From positions 124,001 to 168,003 of the forward strand of contig CAZDZV010000003.1 of assembly GCA_964510025.1 (NCBI GenBank): a stretch of DNA of 44,003 nucleotides, in the 5' to 3' direction. This DNA comes from an uncultured Methanosarcinales archaeon. GTDB taxonomy: Archaea; Nanobdellota; Nanobdellia; Woesearchaeales; DATDXC01. The notes beneath the pieces are model-generated. The model had not been told where the DNA came from. It searched no databases and saw only the letters and a list, made by a program, of their open reading frames with translations. The translations under genes and the position numbers were made by a program. Shown one piece after another: positions 1 through 10,204 of this stretch; position 1 is the stretch's first letter, and every line of letters starts with the position of its first letter.

Positions 1-1
1 T

Positions 2-769
2 TTAATGCCTTTGTACTGAAACTATGGGTCTTGCTGCATTTACTTGGGAAGCTTGCAGTACTTCCTGCCTTGATCTATGTCTCCAGTCATGGTATACTGG
101 ATTATCTGGCCCGTGTGCACTTGGTTTTTCTAATCCAGGCGGTGTCCACTTGGGCACATATTTGGGGTCAACAAGTATGCTCAGGTGTGCCTCTGCCCGG
201 CGTACCGGGGGTATGTAGCTGCTCAAATTAGCTGCAAAGTGATGCTCGTTTACTCTATGGGGGTCTCCAGTCTCAACCTTTGCATTTGGATAGAATATCA
301 GATAAAATCCTTCCTGTTCTTTACCGGGATAGTATGCATTCACCAGCACAGCTTCCTGGTAACCGTTTTTTACCGGACCCAAGGCACGGTGCCTAAGCAG
401 CACAGGATTAACCAATCTTCTTGCCTCTCCAGGCCTTATATGGAAAGCCATATACTCAAAAGCAGATGGCAGCTCAGCCTCTAAGCCGGCTAAGGAAATA
501 CGCCTTTTTTCAGTATCAATTTCAAGAATGTCATCTATGCCTTCTGACCTATTGTCACGCCATTGAACCAGGATCGGGTCCAACTCCTTTTCGAACTGAA
601 TACGATACTCGTGTATATCGCTTAGCGAGGTGTTTATCTTGTGTGGGGTCCCCATAGCCTTTTCTTTGGCCATGTGGTTCTCTATCCTAGGCCATAAATA
701 CAGATATCCTACTCCAATTAAGCCCACTGCTGCAGCGGCAACAGCAGCCCAATAGGGTTTTTCTGTCAT
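2..769 (-). CDS. Hypothetical protein with N-terminal membrane anchor
   Basis: 255-aa ORF; hydrophobic N-terminus (WAAVAAAAVGLIGVGYLYLW); TATA-like TTTAAATA ~22 nt upstream; no family recognised. Confidence 0.7.
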   Translation of the reverse strand: MTEKPYWAAVAAAAVGLIGVGYLYLWPRIENHMAKEKAMGTPHKINTSLSDIHEYRIQFEKELDPILVQWRDNRSEGIDDILEIDTEKRRISLAGLEAELPSAFEYMAFHIRPGEARRLVNPVLLRHRALGPVKNGYQEAVLVNAYYPGKEQEGFYLIFYPNAKVETGDPHRVNEHHFAANLSSYIPPVRRAEAHLSILVDPKYVPKWTPPGLEKPSAHGPDNPVYHDWRHRSRQEVLQASQVNAARPIVSVQRH

Positions 770-801
770 GACCTTAGAAATTAAGCTGCGTATTTAAATG
801 T

Positions 802-1698
802 TTAGGAAACATCCAACATCCTTTGCAAAGCTTTTCTTGCCTTGTCCATTACGTCCTTATCTATCTCTATCCGGTACTGCTCTTTGGCCAGGCTGTCGTA
901 TACTTTCTGCATTGTTATCTTTTTCATCTGGACGCAAGTCTTGGGCAAGGGATAGAAGTTCTTATCCAGCACCTCAAGCTTAAGCCTGTGGGCCATGCCG
1001 CATTCTGTGGCTACAATAAATTCTCTGGCATTGCTCTGTTTTGCATGCTTAATCATCTGGGAAGTGGAACAGACAGCATCTGACAGGGCCAGTACCTCCA
1101 TAGTGCATTCGGGGTGGGCCATGACCTCTGCTTTTGGATGGGCTTTTTTTGCCTCAGTTATCTCTTCAGGAAGGATCTTATCGTGGACATAGCAGTAGCC
1201 TTCCAAAGGGATTATCTTCTTGTCAGTCTGCGTCTGGGTGTAGGCAGCAAGATTTTTGTCAGGCGTAAATATTACCTGGTCCTGTTCCAGGGAATTGACA
1301 ACCTTAACTGAATTGGCGGATGTGCAGCATATGTCTGAAACAGCCTTTACATCAGATGTCGTGTTTATGTAGCTGACAACAGCTGCTTTTGGAAATTTTT
1401 TTTTGTATTCAAGAACCTGTTCTGCAGTTACCATGTTGGCCATAGGACACATAGCCATCTTATCTGGATGCAATACCAATTTATCCGGATTAAGGATTTT
1501 CGCAGCCTCTGACATGAAGTCAACTCCGCAGAAAACAATGATGTCTGCATCAGTATTGGCTGCTTTCTTGGCGAGCTCTAATGAGTCCCCCAAAAAATCT
1601 GCAACTTCATAGATCTCCGGACGCTGGTAGTTATGGACAAGAATGACTGCATTCTTTTCTTTTTTCAGAATGTTTATATTTTCAATCAAGCGCTCCAT
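802..1698 (-). CDS. nadA: Quinolinate synthase A
   Basis: Motifs HNYQRPE, GDSLEL, FCGVDFMSE, CPMA, YINT, CCTSAN, CYVH, AHPEC, CVQMKK. Start moved from 1722 to ATG 1698 because TTTTTATA sits at leaderless spacing. Confidence 0.95.
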   Translation of the reverse strand: MERLIENINILKKEKNAVILVHNYQRPEIYEVADFLGDSLELAKKAANTDADIIVFCGVDFMSEAAKILNPDKLVLHPDKMAMCPMANMVTAEQVLEYKKKFPKAAVVSYINTTSDVKAVSDICCTSANSVKVVNSLEQDQVIFTPDKNLAAYTQTQTDKKIIPLEGYCYVHDKILPEEITEAKKAHPKAEVMAHPECTMEVLALSDAVCSTSQMIKHAKQSNAREFIVATECGMAHRLKLEVLDKNFYPLPKTCVQMKKITMQKVYDSLAKEQYRIEIDKDVMDKARKALQRMLDVS

Positions 1699-1781
1699 GT
1701 AAGTTGTAGATTTCAGAGTCATATAAAAAACTTTAGTTTCAAAGCAATAAAGTTAAAAATATTGTTGAATTAGTACTGGCT

Positions 1782-2819
1782 ATGGACAAAATTGACAGAA
1801 TAATAAATGTTCTGAAAATGAATATCGGTCAGCACGGCAGCTTTGCGAAGATTGATGGGGCCAGACCAGTTAAGATATCCAGGCAAAATTTTCATAGTAT
1901 ATCGGATAATGCAAGCGAGAGAAAAATTGCTTTTGTCGATGGAGGGAATGCAGAGATACTAGGGGCTGCAAATTTTTCCCTGCAGCTAATCAGAACATAC
2001 TATACTGTGTACAAAAAAAATCGAAGAATTATATCCAAGCGGTTTGAATTCTATCTGCTGGCATTATCATATGCAGAAAAAGGCGATATACGCTTCAAGT
2101 CTCAGATTTTTCCTATAAATTATGATTTTGATGCGATTGATATCAGCAGCCTGGACAAAACGCTTATGGATGGTGAAAATAAGGTGAAGATTTCAAAGGT
2201 CGGAGAGGTTGTCAGGAAGCTTGCTGAAATAAGCGTGGCTGAACAAGCGGTGAATGACCTAGCTAGCGGGGATTTGGTAATTTTGGACGGCGATCTGAAG
2301 GCTTCTGTAACCTACCAGAAAGAGTATCTTCACAGGCTTTACAAAAAAGCAGGCAAAAAGCATGCCACTGTCGCAGCCTTGTCAAAAACCTCGGACTTAT
2401 TTACAGATACAGGTGACTCTCTTCTTGTTGCTATCAATAATATTGCTCCCGAATCTGAGTGGTTTTATTTTCCTTTGGCTGAAACAACCAATGAAAACCA
2501 CCAGTCTGACATCTATATAGTGAAACTCAATAAAAAATCACAGCATGTTTTCAAGCTAGAAGTCTACAAAAGGAACAAATATGACCTCCAGGATATCCTC
2601 GCAAACCTGAAAAAGAATTCCACTGACCCTGTTTTTCTAGGGTATCCTTACGGGCTGATAGAGGCGGACAGAAATGCAAGAGTGTCCAATGAAGAAAAAA
2701 AAAGGGTAACCATGCGCTTCTTATATAAGTCTGGAGAAAAGGGGGCTGAACTAAGGCAGTATCTCAATACCGGCAACGCACACAGCATACTTGATGGGAT
2801 CAGCGGAATATTTAAATAA
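1782..2819 (+). CDS. nurA: NurA-family nuclease
   Basis: IAFVDGG, VILDGDL, ALSKTS and GYPYGLIEADRNARV motifs of the NurA RNase H-like fold. Confidence 0.8.
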   Translation: MDKIDRIINVLKMNIGQHGSFAKIDGARPVKISRQNFHSISDNASERKIAFVDGGNAEILGAANFSLQLIRTYYTVYKKNRRIISKRFEFYLLALSYAEKGDIRFKSQIFPINYDFDAIDISSLDKTLMDGENKVKISKVGEVVRKLAEISVAEQAVNDLASGDLVILDGDLKASVTYQKEYLHRLYKKAGKKHATVAALSKTSDLFTDTGDSLLVAINNIAPESEWFYFPLAETTNENHQSDIYIVKLNKKSQHVFKLEVYKRNKYDLQDILANLKKNSTDPVFLGYPYGLIEADRNARVSNEEKKRVTMRFLYKSGEKGAELRQYLNTGNAHSILDGISGIFK

Positions 2820-2840
2820 TAGCTTTGCTTGAGGATTCCT

Positions 2841-3836
2841 ATGTATGATGTTATCGCGGTTGGATCATCGACGGTTGATGTTTTTGCAAGAACAGACTAT
2901 TCTGAGCTGATCAAGATTTTTGACTCAAAAGGGGAGACAGACCTTCTTGCTTATCCAACCGGCTCAAAGATACTTATTGAGGAGCTAAATTTCACTACAG
3001 GAGGAGGAGCTACAAATGTAGCTGTCTGTCTTGCGAGGCTCGGCCTTAAGGTCGCATGCGTTTCCAAGACAGGAAACGGCGCTAACTCACAGAAGGTCCT
3101 TAGCCACCTTAAGAGGGATAATGTGGACACATCCCTGATGGTGCGCAGCAGGAATGGCAGAACAGGATATTCCATAATACTTGATAGCATCAGCCATGAC
3201 CGGACAATACTTGCCTTCAAGGGCTCGAACAACGACCTTAAATACAAGGAGATTAAACTGAAGAAACTCAAGACAAAATGGTTTTATTTTTCGACGCAAC
3301 TTGGGGAAAGCTACAGGACCCAGGAGAAACTTGCAAAATTTGCAGAAAAAAATGGGATCAAGATAATATTCAACACTTCTGAATATCTGGTGAAAAAGGG
3401 CGCAAAATATGTTAGCAATATACTTCGAAGAACAGAGGTCTTTGTCCTCAATAAGGATGAAGCAAAATTACTGGTCAACAAAGATAGCATCGAAGAGTTG
3501 CTTAAGAGCATCCACAATTTGGGCCCTAAGACAGTAGTCATAACTGACGGAAAGAATGAGTTCTTTGTCTATGACGGCAAAAATGTGTATTCTGCCATGC
3601 CAAACAAAGCTACAAATGTGGTGGAAACTACGGGCGCAGGAGATGCCTTTGCAGCTTCTTTCCTGGCAGGCCTTATAAAGAAAGCGAATACTGAATTTGC
3701 CATAAGACTTGCATCTGTTAATTCAGAATCAGTGCTGCAGCACCACGGGGCAAAAAATAAGCTGCTTACCTATAAGGAAGCGTTAAAAATAATCAAGAAG
3801 ACCAATATTAAAATAAGAAAAAGAGCCCTTCAATAG
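2841..3836 (+). CDS. PfkB/ribokinase-family carbohydrate kinase
   Basis: GGGATNVAVCLARLG and ETTGAGDAF signatures; ATG 2841 lies 22 nt after TTTAAATA (2811-2818). Confidence 0.9.
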   Translation: MYDVIAVGSSTVDVFARTDYSELIKIFDSKGETDLLAYPTGSKILIEELNFTTGGGATNVAVCLARLGLKVACVSKTGNGANSQKVLSHLKRDNVDTSLMVRSRNGRTGYSIILDSISHDRTILAFKGSNNDLKYKEIKLKKLKTKWFYFSTQLGESYRTQEKLAKFAEKNGIKIIFNTSEYLVKKGAKYVSNILRRTEVFVLNKDEAKLLVNKDSIEELLKSIHNLGPKTVVITDGKNEFFVYDGKNVYSAMPNKATNVVETTGAGDAFAASFLAGLIKKANTEFAIRLASVNSESVLQHHGAKNKLLTYKEALKIIKKTNIKIRKRALQ

Positions 3837-4462
3837 CCAAATTTTCCTTTCAGCGGGACAAAAACAAATTCACCAAGGTTCTTCTCCTTAAGTTCACTTC
3901 CTAATTTAGTTATTTTTTTCATTTCTTGGCCCAAATGGATCGGACCAACAGGAGCAACTACTATTCCCCTGTCCTTAAGCTGGTCTATCAGTGATTTTGG
4001 GATATACGGTGCGGCTGCAGTAATCATTATCCTGTCATAAGGCGCCTGTTCATCATAGCCCTTACTGCCATCGTGACATATTACCTCCACGTTCCTTATA
4101 CCAGCTCCCCTAAGATTCTTTTTTGCAAACTGCGCCAATTTTGGTACAATCTCAGTGGTTACTACCTTGCCTGCCCTGCCGACTATATGCGCAATCAACG
4201 CAGCCTGATACCCTGAACCTGTTCCGACCTCAAGCACCTTCTGGCCAGCGGCCAGTTCAAGTGCCTGCGTCATTATCATCACGGTTGTAGGCTGCGAAAT
4301 GGTCTGACCCTCCCCAATCGGCAGGGGATGATCACCATAGGCATCTTCCCCAGAACCTATGAAAAGCTCTCTTGGTATTGACCTAAAAGCATCTATCACT
4401 TTTTTATCTTCTATTATACCGGAAAGGTCCCAGTATCTAAGCAGCTCAGATTTTGAACCCAT
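3830..4462 (-). CDS. pcm: Protein-L-isoaspartate O-methyltransferase
   Basis: PLPIGEGQTISQP, VLEVGTGSGYQAA, APYDRI, FVFVPL motifs. Confidence 0.95.
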   Translation of the reverse strand: MGSKSELLRYWDLSGIIEDKKVIDAFRSIPRELFIGSGEDAYGDHPLPIGEGQTISQPTTVMIMTQALELAAGQKVLEVGTGSGYQAALIAHIVGRAGKVVTTEIVPKLAQFAKKNLRGAGIRNVEVICHDGSKGYDEQAPYDRIMITAAAPYIPKSLIDQLKDRGIVVAPVGPIHLGQEMKKITKLGSELKEKNLGEFVFVPLKGKFGY

Positions 4463-4563
4463 ATCAACAAGTTAATGGGCATATAATTATAACTTTTTCT
4501 CTTGAAAAACACAAACTTTATATATAGATAGACTAGAAAAATAAATGAAAAAGAGGTGTTTGT

Positions 4564-6957
4564 ATGAATAAGGCTAGTGAGTTTATTCTCTGGTTCAATC
4601 AGGTCGGTATAGATGATGTTGCTTTCGTTGGCGGAAAAAACGCCTCACTTGGAGAGATGTACAGGAACCTTACAAAAAAAGGCATAAAGGTTCCCAACGG
4701 ATTCGCAATAACCGCAAAAGCCTATGACTATTTTCTTGATAAAGGCATGATTAAACCGAAGATCAAGGAGATCTTAGGCAAACTGAAACTCAATGATGTT
4801 GCGGATCTGCAGGAAAAGGGACACAAGATCAGGGAACTAATACTGGACAGCTATTTTCCTACAGAACTGAAAAAAGAAATTGTGGATGCCTATCAGAAAT
4901 TATGCAGACAGTCTTCAAGAAATACAGATGTAGCTGTACGAAGCTCAGCTACTGCGGAAGATCTTCCAGATGCAAGCTTTGCGGGCCAACAGGAAACATA
5001 TCTTAATATCAGGGGAGAGAGAGCGCTGCTCGATGCCTGCAAGAAATGCTTTGCGTCATTATTCACGAACAGAGCCATCCATTACAGGGAAGATAAAGGG
5101 TTCGACCATTTTAAGGTGGCTCTAAGCATAGGAGTGCAGCGGATGGTAAGAAGCGACCTGTCTGTGAGCGGTGTCATGTTCTCCATCGACACAGAGTCTG
5201 GCTTCAGGGATGTTGTGCTGATAAACGGGATATATGGTCTTGGCGAAAATATTGTGCAGGGGAAGGTTACGCCTGATGAATTTTATGTCTTCAAACCAAA
5301 ATTAAAAAAAGGCCATGTTCCAATAATCAGCAAGAAACTGGGCAGCAAAAACCTGAGGATGGTCTATTCCCATGAGGGCGCCAAAAATTCGACAAAGGAT
5401 GTAAGCGTCCCTCCCGAAGAAAGGGATAAATTCGTACTTACAGATGATGAAGTTTTGAAACTAGCAAAATGGGCGTGCATCATAGAAAATCATTACGGCA
5501 AACCAATGGATATGGAATGGGCCAAAGATGGCAAGACAAAGGAGCTTCACATTGTCCAGGCAAGACCTGAAACAGTGCAAAGCAGGAGGGATTACAATTC
5601 ACTTGAGGAGTATGCCATCAAAAAAAGAGGCAAGGTTCTGATAACAGGCAGAAGCGTAGGCTCAAGAATAGGGCAGGGAAGGGTCCATGTGATAAAGAGC
5701 GTGCACGAAATAAATAAGTTCAAGGAAGGTGATGTTTTAGTTACAGACATGACTGATCCTGACTGGGAACCAATTATGAAGATTGCCTCAGCTATCGTCA
5801 CCAACAAAGGCGGGAGAACCTGCCATGCAGCAATAATATCCAGAGAACTAGGGATACCCTGCATTGTGGGGACAAATGACGGGACTAATAGGCTCAAAAA
5901 CAACCAAAAAGTCACGGTAAGCTGCGCTGAAGGGGAAGAAGGTTTTGTATATGAAGGCTATGTGCCTTACAAGATAATAAAGCATAACCTGAAGGATTTC
6001 AAAAGACCAAAAACAAGAATAATGATGAATGTCGGCAATCCAGAGCAGGCATTTGAGCTTAGCTTTATACCGAACGATGGAGTTGGGCTTGCTAGGGAGG
6101 AATTTATCATAAATGAATACATCAAGATACATCCCAAGGCACTCATTAACTACCGGAAGATTAAAGATCATAAGATAAAAGCAAAGATAGATGGCCTAAC
6201 AGTCGGCTATAAAGACAAGAAACATTTCTTTATAGACAAGCTTGCTCAGGGAGTGGCCACAATAGCCGCCGCCTTCTATCCAAAAGATGTTATTGTCAGA
6301 ATGTCAGATTTCAAAAGCAATGAGTATGCAAACCTTATAGGCGGGCATCTTTTTGAGCCGCTGGAGCATAATCCTATGATCGGCTGGAGGGGGGCCTCCA
6401 GATATTACTCCGCCGACTACAAAGAGGCTTTTGGTTTGGAGTGCAAAGCTATGAAGAAGGTCAGGGAAGAAATGGGGCTGACCAACGTCAAGCTCATGAT
6501 ACCATTTTGCCGAACCGTGGAAGAGGGGAAAGCGGTGCTGAAGGAGATGGAAAAGCATGGTCTGAAAAGAGGCAAAAAGAAACTGCAGGTGTATGTCATG
6601 TGTGAAATACCCAGCAATGTCATCTTGGCAGATGATTTTTCCAAGATATTCGATGGATTCAGCATAGGGACTAACGATCTGACCCAGCTGACCTTGGGGC
6701 TGGACAGAGATTCTGAGCTGGTCAGCCATGTTTATGATGAAAGAAACCTTGCTGTAAAGACTTTGGTGGCAACGGTGATCAATAAAGCTAAAGCCAACAA
6801 AAGAAAGATAGGAATCTGCGGCCAAGCACCTTCTGATTATCCGGAGTTTGCGAAGTTTTTGGTGGATTGCCGTATAGACAGCATTTCCCTCAATCCAGAT
6901 ACTGTAATAAAGACCACCCTGAAGATCTTAGAGGAAGAAAGGAAGCTTAAGAAGTGA
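4564..6957 (+). CDS. ppsA: Phosphoenolpyruvate synthase
   Basis: VGGKNASLGEM, VAVRSSATAEDLPDASFAGQQETY, GGRTCHAAII (phospho-His), FSIGTNDLTQ, GICGQAPSD; SD GAGGTG upstream. Confidence 0.97.
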   Translation: MNKASEFILWFNQVGIDDVAFVGGKNASLGEMYRNLTKKGIKVPNGFAITAKAYDYFLDKGMIKPKIKEILGKLKLNDVADLQEKGHKIRELILDSYFPTELKKEIVDAYQKLCRQSSRNTDVAVRSSATAEDLPDASFAGQQETYLNIRGERALLDACKKCFASLFTNRAIHYREDKGFDHFKVALSIGVQRMVRSDLSVSGVMFSIDTESGFRDVVLINGIYGLGENIVQGKVTPDEFYVFKPKLKKGHVPIISKKLGSKNLRMVYSHEGAKNSTKDVSVPPEERDKFVLTDDEVLKLAKWACIIENHYGKPMDMEWAKDGKTKELHIVQARPETVQSRRDYNSLEEYAIKKRGKVLITGRSVGSRIGQGRVHVIKSVHEINKFKEGDVLVTDMTDPDWEPIMKIASAIVTNKGGRTCHAAIISRELGIPCIVGTNDGTNRLKNNQKVTVSCAEGEEGFVYEGYVPYKIIKHNLKDFKRPKTRIMMNVGNPEQAFELSFIPNDGVGLAREEFIINEYIKIHPKALINYRKIKDHKIKAKIDGLTVGYKDKKHFFIDKLAQGVATIAAAFYPKDVIVRMSDFKSNEYANLIGGHLFEPLEHNPMIGWRGASRYYSADYKEAFGLECKAMKKVREEMGLTNVKLMIPFCRTVEEGKAVLKEMEKHGLKRGKKKLQVYVMCEIPSNVILADDFSKIFDGFSIGTNDLTQLTLGLDRDSELVSHVYDERNLAVKTLVATVINKAKANKRKIGICGQAPSDYPEFAKFLVDCRIDSISLNPDTVIKTTLKILEEERKLKK

Positions 6958-7500
6958 CTACTCCTTGAATTTCTTATAGCCTATCCAAATAAGCAAGAAC
7001 AAGGCTATCCCCAATATTATAAGCCTTGCATAATCCTGTATTGAGCCCCAGTAGCGGATAGCTGCGTAGAGCAATGTCAGTACGCCGCCACCCATCACAC
7101 CTGACCTTACGACTTCTACCTTGGATTTCAGTCCTCCAAATAAGATCAAAATAAGTCCGACCACAACAAGGATAATAAATGAGGTTCTTGAATGAGTTTC
7201 TCTTGCATCTTCATACTCTGAATTGCAGTCATTGTAAGCTGGATTGGGCGCCTCACATCTCTTATTTCCACTTTGGTCCACTTCAAAGCATGAACATCTC
7301 TGGGGAAACCTGTCATCTGTCTGATTTATAGAATAGTTTTCGCAGCTGTTGACCTGGATAAACGGCCGGATATCTTTACAGTAGTCAGTAAGTTCCGGCT
7401 CATCATAGAAAAGATAGACAGCATACGCCACGAAGAAAACCGACAAGAAAGCAATTGCAACACCCAACAGCGCCTTGCTTATTTTGGAAACCTTAGCCAT
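6958..7500 (-). CDS. Membrane protein, about 4 TM helices with a Cys-rich extracellular loop
   Basis: One N-terminal and three C-terminal hydrophobic segments; six Cys in the loop. Confidence 0.75.
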   Translation of the reverse strand: MAKVSKISKALLGVAIAFLSVFFVAYAVYLFYDEPELTDYCKDIRPFIQVNSCENYSINQTDDRFPQRCSCFEVDQSGNKRCEAPNPAYNDCNSEYEDARETHSRTSFIILVVVGLILILFGGLKSKVEVVRSGVMGGGVLTLLYAAIRYWGSIQDYARLIILGIALFLLIWIGYKKFKE

Positions 7501-7592
7501 ATCTATGGAAAAGGGTAATTAGTATATAAGCTTTTTTATCATTTATTGATATTGACAAAAAATTTTTAAAGAAGAATTAGTTACCCATAAGC

Positions 7593-7904
7593 ATGGCGAG
7601 GGGGAGACCAATTAAGTCGCAGATCCGGCAGAACATCGTGGAAATTCTATATCATATGGGCAAAGGATATGGCTATGACATATTCAAGACCTACAAATCA
7701 ATTTTTCCAGCAGTCACAATGAGAGTGATATATTATCATCTCAAGAAAGGAACAGCATTGGGCGAATTTAAGGTCAATGAGATCAAGAAAGAAGAAGGGA
7801 ATTATTCATGGGGAAACACTGTTGAAAAAATCTACTATTCTCTCGGGGAAAAGGCAAAGCCGGCCATGGATGAAAGAGTCAAGGAGCATTTTGAGAAACA
7901 GTAA
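7593..7904 (+). CDS. Winged-helix (PadR-like) DNA-binding hypothetical protein
   Basis: GYGYDIFKTY...TMRVIYYHLKKG...KIYYSL pattern; TATA TTTTTAAA 22 nt upstream. Confidence 0.65.
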   Translation: MARGRPIKSQIRQNIVEILYHMGKGYGYDIFKTYKSIFPAVTMRVIYYHLKKGTALGEFKVNEIKKEEGNYSWGNTVEKIYYSLGEKAKPAMDERVKEHFEKQ

Positions 7905-7906
7905 GA

Positions 7907-8599
7907 TTATTCAAACTTTCTGAGGAAACCTATCAGGGCAAACGCCTCTCTCTTTGTCAGGAAAGATTTTCCAATCAGCCTTCTCCAGACCTTTTTTTGC
8001 GTCTCTTTTTTCTCTTCAGTGGAAAAGTGTATTCTATCTAGCAAACTGCTGATTATCTTTAATATTACCTCTTTTTCTTTTTTTGACGCTATTACAATAT
8101 GATCATTGCTCTTTTTTTTATCTGATTTCTTAAAGAGCTCATAGAGGATGACTGCAACAGCGTGGCTTATGTTTAATGTTTTGTAGTGTGGTGAAGCCGG
8201 GATTGTTACAACGAAATCGGACCCCAGTATCTCCTGGTTTGTAAGGCCTGAGCTTTCCCGTCCTATCAACAGGCCTATCTTCTTCTTTCCATCCAGCTGC
8301 TCAAGCTTTTCAGCAAGCTGCCCGGGCGTAACCGGACTGCGGGGGATATTGTAGTCCGTTCCTAGTATTGCAGTTGTGGCAACGAGATAGTCAAAGTTCT
8401 TCAGATATGACTTTTCACGCAGTCTGGCATTTTTCAGAACATCATTAGCATGCTTGGCCCGGTTTCTTGCGGTCTGGCTCAGATGGTCGCATTTGCAGTC
8501 TATTATTATCAGGTCGGAAAAGGAGAAATTTTTCATCACCCTGGCTATGGCGCCAACATTTCCGGAATTCTTCGGCTCTATCAAAACTACCGACAACAT
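7907..8599 (-). CDS. trmJ: SPOUT tRNA methyltransferase, TrmJ/TrmH family
   Basis: VVLIEPKNSGNVGAIARVMKNF, GRESSGLTNQE, LNISHAVAVILYE. Confidence 0.9.
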   Translation of the reverse strand: MLSVVLIEPKNSGNVGAIARVMKNFSFSDLIIIDCKCDHLSQTARNRAKHANDVLKNARLREKSYLKNFDYLVATTAILGTDYNIPRSPVTPGQLAEKLEQLDGKKKIGLLIGRESSGLTNQEILGSDFVVTIPASPHYKTLNISHAVAVILYELFKKSDKKKSNDHIVIASKKEKEVILKIISSLLDRIHFSTEEKKETQKKVWRRLIGKSFLTKREAFALIGFLRKFE

Positions 8600-8620
8600 A
8601 TAAAACAATACTGCTGTTCA

Positions 8621-8640
8621 ATATAAAAAGCTTTTTATAT
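8621..8640. promoter_or_regulatory. Perfect 20-bp palindrome forming back-to-back TATA boxes for trmJ and gcvT
   Basis: ATATAAAAAGCTTTTTATAT; TTTTTATA on each strand is 20-22 nt from the respective start codon. Confidence 0.65.
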
Positions 8641-8659
8641 AATCCAATTCTGTCTTTTT

Positions 8660-9742
8660 TTGGGGATCGAAATAAATACGACAGCCTTGTACAGAGAGCA
8701 CCTAAGCGCGGGGGCTAAGATAATAGAGTTTGGCGGTTGGAGGATGCCTGTCTATTACACAAATGTTATTGAAGAGCATAATAACACAAGAAACAAAGCA
8801 TCCTTGTTCGATACCTGCCACATGGGCGAGATATCTGTAGAGGGCCAAAATGCTGCTGAATTTCTCCAAAAAATATTGACCAACAATATAGACAGGCTAT
8901 CACCAGGGAAAGCCTTCTATTCACATATGTGCCTGCCTAATGGGGGCATCATAGATGACCTCTTTGTCTATATGTTCTCTGACCGCAGCTATATGCTGGT
9001 GGTTAATGCGGCGAACACAGATAAGGATTTCAGGTGGCTTGTTAGGCAAAAAGAAGGCAGCGTCCGGATATTTGACAGATCAAGGGAAACAGCCAAGATC
9101 GATCTGCAGGGGCCAAGTGCAGCTCAGATATTAAAGGAATTTTCTGATATAAAGAGATTTTGTTTTGCGAAGTCCAAGATTAAAGGTATCCCCTGTCTTG
9201 TATCCAGAACCGGATATACAGGTGAGGACGGCTTTGAAATCTATTTTAATGGAAACGCTGCTGAGATGTGGAACGGGCTTCTTATAGCAGGAGAAAAATA
9301 CGGATTGAAGCCTGCCGGTCTAGGAGCAAGGGACACCTTAAGGATAGAGGCGGGCTACAGCCTATACGGCCATGAGCTAAGCGAGAGCATTAATCCTTTG
9401 GAGGCTGGAGTGGGGTTTGCAGTCAAGTTTGATAAAGATTTTATCGGCAGATCAGCCCTGGAAGAAATAAAAAAACAAGGCGTCAAAAGAAAGATTGTCG
9501 CTTTTAGAATGAATGATAGGGGGATCCCCAGAGCCGGCTATAAGATATTCATGACTGGTGCAGAGGTGGGCTATGTTACATCCGGAACAATGAGCCCAAC
9601 ATTCAGGATAGGCCTGGGCATGGCCTTTGTTGAAAAAGACAAAGCAGATATCGGAAACGAAATACATATAAAGATCAGAGAAAAGCTGTATAGCGCAACA
9701 ATTGAAAATAGACCTATCTATCAATACAAAGGAGGTGGCTAA
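8660..9742 (+). CDS. gcvT: Glycine cleavage system aminomethyltransferase T
   Basis: EFGGWRMPVYY, FDTCHMGE, SRTGYTGEDGFE, GLGARDTLRIEAG; TTG start is uncertain. Confidence 0.95.
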   Translation: MGIEINTTALYREHLSAGAKIIEFGGWRMPVYYTNVIEEHNNTRNKASLFDTCHMGEISVEGQNAAEFLQKILTNNIDRLSPGKAFYSHMCLPNGGIIDDLFVYMFSDRSYMLVVNAANTDKDFRWLVRQKEGSVRIFDRSRETAKIDLQGPSAAQILKEFSDIKRFCFAKSKIKGIPCLVSRTGYTGEDGFEIYFNGNAAEMWNGLLIAGEKYGLKPAGLGARDTLRIEAGYSLYGHELSESINPLEAGVGFAVKFDKDFIGRSALEEIKKQGVKRKIVAFRMNDRGIPRAGYKIFMTGAEVGYVTSGTMSPTFRIGLGMAFVEKDKADIGNEIHIKIREKLYSATIENRPIYQYKGGG

Positions 9743-10117
9743 ATGACAAAGGATCTAAAATATTCCAAAGAACATGAGTGGGTAAAACTTGAAGAGGGAA
9801 CAGCTACTGTAGGCATAACTGATTTTGCTCAGAAACAGCTTACAGACATAGTGTTTGTGGAGCTTCCAGAAAAAGGAAAGCAGATTAAGAAAGGAGAACA
9901 GATGGCTGTTGTCGAGTCTGTGAAATCAGTATCTGATGTTTATGCACCTGTTTCAGGTGAGATTGTTGAAGTGAACAATAATCTGGCAGATAATCCAGAG
10001 CTTATCAATAAAGATCCTTATGGAGATGGCTGGTTTGTAAAGATAAAGGCTAAAGATGCTTCTGAGGCTGATAATCTCATGTCCGCCGAAGAGTATGAAA
10101 AGACCACCAAAAAATAA
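9743..10117 (+). CDS. gcvH: Glycine cleavage system H protein
   Basis: YSKEHEW, VGITDFAQ, VESVKSVSD (lipoyl Lys), NKDPYGDGW. Confidence 0.96.
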   Translation: MTKDLKYSKEHEWVKLEEGTATVGITDFAQKQLTDIVFVELPEKGKQIKKGEQMAVVESVKSVSDVYAPVSGEIVEVNNNLADNPELINKDPYGDGWFVKIKAKDASEADNLMSAEEYEKTTKK

Positions 10118-10130
10118 GAAAGTTTAAAAA
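10117..10130 (+). promoter_or_regulatory. BRE/TATA promoter of the cysteine module
   Basis: AGAAAG-TTTAAAAA, 24 nt before ATG 10155; same TATA octamer and spacing as before the Nop5 ATG (36527-36534, ATG 36559). Confidence 0.6.
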
Positions 10131-10154
10131 GCACTCTCGATTAATAAGCTTAAA

Positions 10155-10181
10155 ATGATGGTCAATTGCATATGTTGCTAG
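10155..10181 (+). CDS. Putative leaderless Cys-rich leader peptide MMVNCICC
   Basis: ATG ATG GTC AAT TGC ATA TGT TGC TAG; 3 of the last 4 sense codons are Cys; directly upstream of tRNA-Cys and the cysteine synthase-CysRS gene. Confidence 0.55.
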   Translation: MMVNCICC

Positions 10182-10204
10182 AGTTCTTTCATTGTGATAG
10201 TTAG

